NCBI GenBank assembly: GCA_965602015.1
Contig: OZ271918.1
Location: 608,001-672,000 of the forward strand
DNA from: Salinispira sp.
GTDB taxonomy: Bacteria > Spirochaetota > Spirochaetia > DSM-27196 > Salinispiraceae
Length of the DNA stretch: 64,000 bases
Reading direction: 5' to 3'
The notes under the pieces are model-generated. The model searched no databases. It saw nothing but the letters and a program-made list of their open reading frames with translations, and was not told the DNA's origin. Shown here piece after piece: positions 58,410 to 64,000 of the stretch (position 1 is its first letter; every line of letters starts with the position of its first letter). The translations under genes and the position numbers were made by a program.

Positions 58410-60043
58410 ACCTCGCTCGATGCTGTTGTCCAGAAGGCACCCTGCAATTTTAATCGGTAAGCTTCTCTCATTAGCCTTAAAAAACCTTGATGAAGTTTTG
58501 ATGCGCTATCCCGCAGCTCCTCGGGGAAATTCTCATCCTCAGTTTTAAGACCGCTGGTCATGAAATTTTCAAGGAGAAGTTTGCCCGCAAGGAATCGCTG
58601 GTACTTATTCACTCCGAAGGCGGTAAAGCCTTTTATCAGACCCATGACCTCCCATGTCACTTGCTCGGCCTGGCTGTAGCGGCCTGCATCCTTATCTTGG
58701 TCACTGACTCTCAATGGCAGATTCTGCTGGATCGATGGCAGTTCTTTAATGAGATAGTCGAGATTAAACAGTCCGGTGGCGCAGTTAAACAGAATAGGCA
58801 GGTTTTTTTGCTCCGCGCTGGCAACCTCGGCGGGACTGATGGCAGGTCCGATGTCAGCGCAGTTCAGTCGACCGTCCTTTTGGCGTATCAGGACGCCACC
58901 TTTAATGTCGACCGCTGTCTTGAAGGAGAAATCGAAACCCGCCGGGCTACCCGTCAGCAGCATGACGGCGATCTCAAGGGGATCCGGTAGGTAACCCAGG
59001 TTGTCAACATTGCCCAGGTATACCAGCTTTTTCCCGCTGCCGTGTAATTCCCGATATACGGATTCCAGAGCGAAGAAATTCTGTCCGTGACCCCCGGGAA
59101 GGGCAAGGGGGGAATCCCTCTTTCCCCAGGCCTCGAGGAAAAACCTCCGGAGAGAAGCATTGGTGTCCAGCAAAGAGCTATGGGTAAGAGCGGCGATGAG
59201 TGGTTGGACTCCGGTGAGGAACCAGGGTTCCACCAGGCCGAGCTCCCGGGAAAGTCCTCGCAATGCTCCGCTGTCCCGATACTGATTATATGCCAGGGCC
59301 AGCTCACTGTCGTTTCCGCTGCTGGACATTTGAAATAGGGGGAATAGGGGTTTGGACCATCCGCTTTCTCCCGAGTCGTGAATACTTTGGCTTACCGGGA
59401 ATCGCCTGTAATGTTCTCTGGTCAGCAGCATGGCGTTTCGCAGCTTGAGTTCGATGTAGCTGTAACCGGGAGAACCGTCGGGGTTGATATACCCCGGCGT
59501 TAAGCCCTTGGCCCGCCCTCGGCAGGCTGCGGCCTGACGGGAAAAATCATCACTGTATAGTTCAAATAGTCCTGCATTGAGACTGCGGTTTTTCTTCTCG
59601 TCGGCATAACTTGTTGCGGACCCCCCGTTGAGAATTCCGTAGCTCACCAGCGGAAGGGCCGCAATTCCGATGGTCTCAAGTTCTGCAGCGGAGACGCTCC
59701 AGATTCCCGAGGTCGGCATCCTAGTTTGCCTGAGGATTTCATCAAAAACAGGTTGAGGGATGCCTGCGTCTCGCAGGCGTTCTCCGGCGAGACCGGCATC
59801 GATGGACAGGCTAACGCCATTCCTATCGCTGATATCAGCGATCAGGCTTACCCCCGCTTGCGGTTCACGCAGTTCGCCTGGCTGGGGAACGGGAAATCCG
59901 TCCACCTCCACAGCTTTTTTACCGACTCCTCCGGCATCCATCTCCCTCACCTTGTTGAGCACCCAGGTGCTCAGCTCCGGGTCAATGCCGGCGGATTGCA
60001 GAAGAGCCTGGGTCCGGGCTTGGTCTCTGTCTTTCGAACTCAT
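58406..60043 (-). CDS. UTP-glucose-1-phosphate uridylyltransferase, UDPGP (eukaryote-like) family
   Basis: LNGGSATS, PGGHG, GNVDNLG, KGG, FNC; start at 60043 after RBS GAGGAG. Confidence 0.75.
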   Translation of the reverse strand: MSSKDRDQARTQALLQSAGIDPELSTWVLNKVREMDAGGVGKKAVEVDGFPVPQPGELREPQAGVSLIADISDRNGVSLSIDAGLAGERLRDAGIPQPVFDEILRQTRMPTSGIWSVSAAELETIGIAALPLVSYGILNGGSATSYADEKKNRSLNAGLFELYSDDFSRQAAACRGRAKGLTPGYINPDGSPGYSYIELKLRNAMLLTREHYRRFPVSQSIHDSGESGWSKPLFPLFQMSSSGNDSELALAYNQYRDSGALRGLSRELGLVEPWFLTGVQPLIAALTHSSLLDTNASLRRFFLEAWGKRDSPLALPGGHGQNFFALESVYRELHGSGKKLVYLGNVDNLGYLPDPLEIAVMLLTGSPAGFDFSFKTAVDIKGGVLIRQKDGRLNCADIGPAISPAEVASAEQKNLPILFNCATGLFNLDYLIKELPSIQQNLPLRVSDQDKDAGRYSQAEQVTWEVMGLIKGFTAFGVNKYQRFLAGKLLLENFMTSGLKTEDENFPEELRDSASKLHQGFLRLMREAYRLKLQGAFWTTASSEV

Positions 60044-60086
60044 AAATACTCCTCTTCCCCCGCAAGCCGGCAGGTCCACGAAGCCG

Positions 60087-60346
60087 AGGCGGGCAGCCGG
60101 CGCCGGCGGTCGATGCAGGTGACTGATCCCGCCCGTCGATTCAGGTGACCGATCCCGGCGGCTGACTATGGCAGCCAGGTGGGCAGCCGGTGCCGGTGGC
60201 TGATAGCTGGGGCGGACACCGCAGGCTGCAGCCGGTGGCTGATGGCGGGGACAGTTGCCGGTGACCAATGCCGAGGGCCCTTCCTGGCGACTGCAATAGG
60301 CAGCCCGCGGTGAACAGTGCGAACCGCCGGCCGCTGTCCGGTCACC
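60087..60346. repeat. GC-rich intergenic region with nested degenerate direct repeats
   Basis: 60087-60114 vs 60177-60204; 60109-60130 vs 60135-60156; GCCGGTGGCTGAT again at 60231. Confidence 0.55.
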
Positions 60347-60362
60347 ATGGTTAGCCTGGCTT

Positions 60363-61445
60363 CTATCGGTGAATAAATTTGGTCAGCTGCACGTAGGCGT
60401 GGGCCGCTCCGTACAGGCTGATTTTGTAATCTTCGACGATGTAGACCGGTATGCTTTCCAGTACCGGGCGGATGCTGGACTGATAGTTAAAGAGAAAGTT
60501 TTTCATAAACAGATCGTCGCGAATGAAGAATTCCTTGTTTTTGGCGGCGATCCCCCCGGCGAGAAACAGTCCCTTCCTCGGAATAAAACTGAGGGCGAGA
60601 TTATGCGCGGTCCGGGCATACATTTTGACGAAGGTTTCCATTATGAGCCTGCAGGTTTCATCCTGCTTTGCAGACATGCTGATTGCCGGGGGTTTTTCCA
60701 CATCCGGCAGGTCGGCGATTCGATTCAGTTCGGGGCTATCGGCGCCTTTTTCCTCCCGCATGAAGCGGAATATATTGGCTATTCCGATGCCGCTTACGAA
60801 CATTTCCGGTTCCGGGGCTGCTCCGTTGCGGGCGGTCATCCAGTTTCTCAGTTCGAGGGTGATATCGTCGAATGGCGCGAAGTCCGTGTGGCCGCCCTCG
60901 GCTGGGAGGGCGAGGATGCGGTCCTGCTCTTCGATGAGGTACCCTACGCCCAGTCCGGTGCCGGCCCCGACGACGGCCTGTATGCCGACGCCCGGCAGGT
61001 ATTCCTTCCATCGGGGGAAATTGCCGTCGGGATGTATCAGAGGCGTAATTTCATCGGGATTATCGGGATTCAACAGGGGAATTCCATAACATATCGCGGT
61101 GAAATCATTGATGACCAGGGCGGGGAAGCCGTATCTGTCCTCGATGTCCCGTCCATCAAGGGTCCACTTGATGTTGGTGGGTACACAGCGGTTATTCTGT
61201 ACCGGCCCGGCAATGCTCAGACAGGCGGCCTGGATATCGATATCCCCCAGTTCCTGTCGAAAGGCTTCGAGTGCAGGGGTGATGGCCTCAGCGAGGTTAT
61301 TGAGTTTTTGGGTTGCATACACTTTGCGGGAATGTATTGTGTATTTCCCCCGGTCGTCCTGAACCAGAGCGAGGCTGGTGTTGGTTCCGCCGATATCTCC
61401 GGCGAGAATGTAGAGGTTTCGATTATCGTTTCCGGTGAATTCCAT
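60363..61445 (-). CDS. glk: Glucokinase
   Basis: AGDIGGTN, IAGPV, INDF, GAGTGLG, EGGH, AGGIA. Confidence 0.92.
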   Translation of the reverse strand: MEFTGNDNRNLYILAGDIGGTNTSLALVQDDRGKYTIHSRKVYATQKLNNLAEAITPALEAFRQELGDIDIQAACLSIAGPVQNNRCVPTNIKWTLDGRDIEDRYGFPALVINDFTAICYGIPLLNPDNPDEITPLIHPDGNFPRWKEYLPGVGIQAVVGAGTGLGVGYLIEEQDRILALPAEGGHTDFAPFDDITLELRNWMTARNGAAPEPEMFVSGIGIANIFRFMREEKGADSPELNRIADLPDVEKPPAISMSAKQDETCRLIMETFVKMYARTAHNLALSFIPRKGLFLAGGIAAKNKEFFIRDDLFMKNFLFNYQSSIRPVLESIPVYIVEDYKISLYGAAHAYVQLTKFIHR

Positions 61446-61526
61446 GGTGGGTATTCTATCCCGAGGGCGGGATGAGTGCAACTTGCAAAGCTTGTGCTAA
61501 TGGCTTACGATTTTGTCGGGGGCTTT

Positions 61527-62462
61527 ATGGCAGAATCTTCACCCGATGAGTATAGACTTATTACCCGCAGCGATTTCGACGGTTTGGTCTGTGCGGTGCT
61601 TTTGAAGGAGCGGGAACCCATCGGAGAGATCCAATTCGTTCACCCCAAGGATATGCAGGACGGGCTGATCTCCGTCGGTCCCCGCGATATCTCCGCAAAC
61701 CTGCCCTATGTTCCCGGGATATTCCGGGCATTTGATCACCACCTTTCCGAAACTTCACGGGTTGGCGAACGGCCGGATAATCACATAATCAATCCCGACG
61801 CTCCTTCCGCCGCCCGGGTTATCTATGAGTTTTACGGGGGCAGGGCGGCTTTTCCCGATATTTCAGAGGAGATGCTCATCGCAGTGGACAAGGGCGATTC
61901 GGCGGATTTCAACATCGAAGAAGTTCTTAATCCACGGGATTGGGTTTTGCTGAACTTCATTATGGATGCCCGGACGGGACTCGGGCGATTTCGCAATTTT
62001 CGTATATCGAATTATCAGCTGATGATGGATCTGATCGATTACTGCCGGGATCACAGCATTGATGAAATTCTCGAGCTGCCCGACGTCAGGGAACGGGTTG
62101 AGCTGTATTTCGAGCATCAAAAGCCCTTCAGGGAGCAAATCCGTGCCCGGTCGACGGTGCATGACAATGTTCTCCTGGTCGATATGAAGATTGATGATGC
62201 GATATCCGCGGGTAACCGTTTCGTAAAATACGCCCTCTATCCCGAGACCAATATCTCAATCCAACAGCTTTGGGGATACAACCGGGAGAACACGGTTTTC
62301 ACCGTTGGAAAGAGCATCTTTAACAAGAGCAGCGAGGTGAATGTCGGCGAGCTTATGCTGGAATACGGAGGGGGAGGCCACATGGCGGCGGGCACCTGCC
62401 AGGTACCCAACGAGCGGGCGGAAGAGGTTCTCGAGACTCTTATCGGGAAACTCCGCGACTAA
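61527..62462 (+). CDS. DHH-family phosphoesterase (exopolyphosphatase-like/NrnB-like)
   Basis: TRSDFDGLVC, HPKDMQDG, FDHH, GGGH..AGTCQ. Confidence 0.85.
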   Translation: MAESSPDEYRLITRSDFDGLVCAVLLKEREPIGEIQFVHPKDMQDGLISVGPRDISANLPYVPGIFRAFDHHLSETSRVGERPDNHIINPDAPSAARVIYEFYGGRAAFPDISEEMLIAVDKGDSADFNIEEVLNPRDWVLLNFIMDARTGLGRFRNFRISNYQLMMDLIDYCRDHSIDEILELPDVRERVELYFEHQKPFREQIRARSTVHDNVLLVDMKIDDAISAGNRFVKYALYPETNISIQQLWGYNRENTVFTVGKSIFNKSSEVNVGELMLEYGGGGHMAAGTCQVPNERAEEVLETLIGKLRD

Positions 62463-62552
62463 GCGCGACGGGAAGCAGTGCTGCACCTATTGATCAAGGC
62501 CGGTAATTTCCGCTATATTAACAAGATGCAAACAGTGTGAGGAGAGCTCCTG

Positions 62553-62744
62553 ATGATCATACCTCTCGATTACCTTGAGAGCGAAGAAGGAAACATGTAC
62601 GAGTTGACCTGCGCCGCCGTACGGCGGGCGTATCAGCTCACAGTTACCGGCGATACGGAATCCGAAGATGAGCAGGCGAAAATCGTGTCCAGCGCGATTA
62701 AGCAGATACTTACCCGCAAGGTTCAGTACCGCCTGGAAGAATAG
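62553..62744 (+). CDS. rpoZ: RNA polymerase omega subunit (spirochete type)
   Basis: GNMYELTCAAVRRAYQL, K.VS.AI..IL; upstream of miaA. Confidence 0.75.
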   Translation: MIIPLDYLESEEGNMYELTCAAVRRAYQLTVTGDTESEDEQAKIVSSAIKQILTRKVQYRLEE

Positions 62745-63748
62745 TGAATCAATCAATCCGCCAGCGCGGATCACAGCACAAGAAGCCGTCTGAGCGGGAC
62801 CCGGCGCCTGCGAGGGCGGTTTTTCTTTTTGGTCCTACTGCCGTGGGTAAGACCAAGGCCCTCTCGGTCATATCCCGCAGTCTCCCCGGGGTTGAAGTGA
62901 TTTCTGCGGATTCGGTACAGGTATACCGTGGGCTTGACATCGGAAGCGCAAAACCCGAAAGCGATGATCTGGCATCCCTTCCCCACCATAATATTGATGT
63001 GCGCAATCCCGATGAAAACTACTCGGTAGCTGATTTTGTCGCAATTGCCGATGCTGCCATTAGTGATATTAGCTCCCGCGGAGGCATTCCGCTGGTGAGC
63101 GGCGGGACGGCATTTTATCTCAAACACCTGTGGTTCGGCCTCCCCGAGAGCCCGCCGGCAAACCCCGTGGTCGCCGCGGCCCTGGCCGAGGAGCTCAAAC
63201 TGCGGGGCATCGATGCCCTGCGAAGTGAACTCCGCTCAGTGGATGAGGTTTCCTGGGACCGCATTGCGCCTGCCGATCACTACCGCATTCTTCGGGCCTT
63301 GGAAGTTTTCCGGTCGAGCGGCCGGCCCCTGAGCAGCTACGCCCTTCCGTCCGAGCCCCGGGATGGACTGGATGTGCTGGCCTTAGGTTTAACGCGGGAC
63401 CGCCGCGAGCTGTATGAACGGATCGACCGCAGGGTGGAAGTCATGTTCGACCGGGGCCTGGAGGGTGAAGTAGCCGGTCTTCTGAGGGCGGGGTACGGAC
63501 CCGAGGCGCCGGGTATGAAGGCCATTGGATACCGGGAATTTATGGATATAGATATCCGCAACCGGCTGCTCGCCTGTAAACCCCTCGAGGACCTGCAGAG
63601 GCAGAATCTTATCGGGGATATTCAACAGGCCAGCCGGCGCTTTGCCAAGCGGCAATTGACCTTTTTCAGAAGCCTTCCGTCGGTACATTGGCTGGAGGCG
63701 GACGATACAGAGGGTATTACAGACTTGGTCCGCGGTTTTTTTCCCTGA
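62744..63748 (+). CDS. miaA: tRNA dimethylallyltransferase
   Basis: GPTAVGKT, ISADSVQVYRGLDIGSAKP, GGTAFY, AIGYRE, FAKRQLTFF. Confidence 0.95.
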   Translation: MNQSIRQRGSQHKKPSERDPAPARAVFLFGPTAVGKTKALSVISRSLPGVEVISADSVQVYRGLDIGSAKPESDDLASLPHHNIDVRNPDENYSVADFVAIADAAISDISSRGGIPLVSGGTAFYLKHLWFGLPESPPANPVVAAALAEELKLRGIDALRSELRSVDEVSWDRIAPADHYRILRALEVFRSSGRPLSSYALPSEPRDGLDVLALGLTRDRRELYERIDRRVEVMFDRGLEGEVAGLLRAGYGPEAPGMKAIGYREFMDIDIRNRLLACKPLEDLQRQNLIGDIQQASRRFAKRQLTFFRSLPSVHWLEADDTEGITDLVRGFFP

Positions 63749-63877
63749 TTCCGCTGCTTGACATGGGCGGACAGCTCGGTCATAATGGCGCCTCAATAAC
63801 TACTGGTGAGAACAGGGAATACCTCCTTCGCCGGTATGGAGCCGAAGAATCAAAATCAATAAGGAGCAGAGCACACA

Positions 63878-63967
63878 ATGCCTTGCGGAAAAAAGAAAAA
63901 ACGAAAAAAAATAGCCACTCACAAGCGTAAGAAAAAACTCAGAAAAAACCGACACAAGAAAAAATAA
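63878..63967 (+). CDS. AURKAIP1/COX24 (bS22-like) small basic protein, 29 aa
   Basis: MPCGKKKKRKKIATHKRKKKLRKNRHKKK; RBS AAGGAG; not in the ORF track. Confidence 0.85.
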   Translation: MPCGKKKKRKKIATHKRKKKLRKNRHKKK

Positions 63968-63974
63968 ATCCCTA

Positions 63975-64000
63975 CCCCGGCGGCATTTCCGCCGGGGCTT
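63975..64000 (+). terminator. Terminator hairpin (cut by window edge)
   Basis: CCCCGGCGG...CCGCCGGGG. Confidence 0.65.

Noticed and set aside
60044..60268. 75-aa N-terminal extension of the UDPGP ORF
   Set aside because: Low-complexity translation of the GC-rich spacer; a good RBS precedes the ATG at 60043.
60369..61475. 368-aa + strand ORF
   Set aside because: Antisense shadow of glk; no motifs or RBS.

Overview
Chromosomal window of a free-living, probably anaerobic or microaerophilic spirochete. The assignment to Spirochaetia is inferred from the spirochete-type RpoZ, the PilZ protein, the long PPi-dependent PFK and a COX24-like small basic protein. The left ~25 kb is an accessory patchwork of regulators, GNATs, membrane proteins and gene remnants, and includes an NDQ-motif (KR2-like) sodium-pump rhodopsin. 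The rest is mostly housekeeping (fadD, avtA, serA, pfp, tex, manA, fprA, asnS, aroF/G, folB, dcd, glk, rpoZ, miaA). Three things stand out. (1) A candidate arsenic-linked RiPP operon: an ArsM-like methyltransferase, an unannotated 35-aa Cys-containing precursor (38263-38370), a radical SAM/SPASM enzyme and a thioredoxin-thioredoxin reductase fusion. (2) An IS1111-type (IS110 family) element inserted in that operon. Its downstream non-coding end carries readable bridge/seek-RNA guide segments for both its own circle junction and its target. (3) That target is the terminal repeat (TGCCCCNAAAACAGCTGAT) of a second, IS1-like DDE element at 44074-45324, which also has MITE-like and solo copies in the window. 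All calls come from reading the sequence and remembered motifs; no searches were run.
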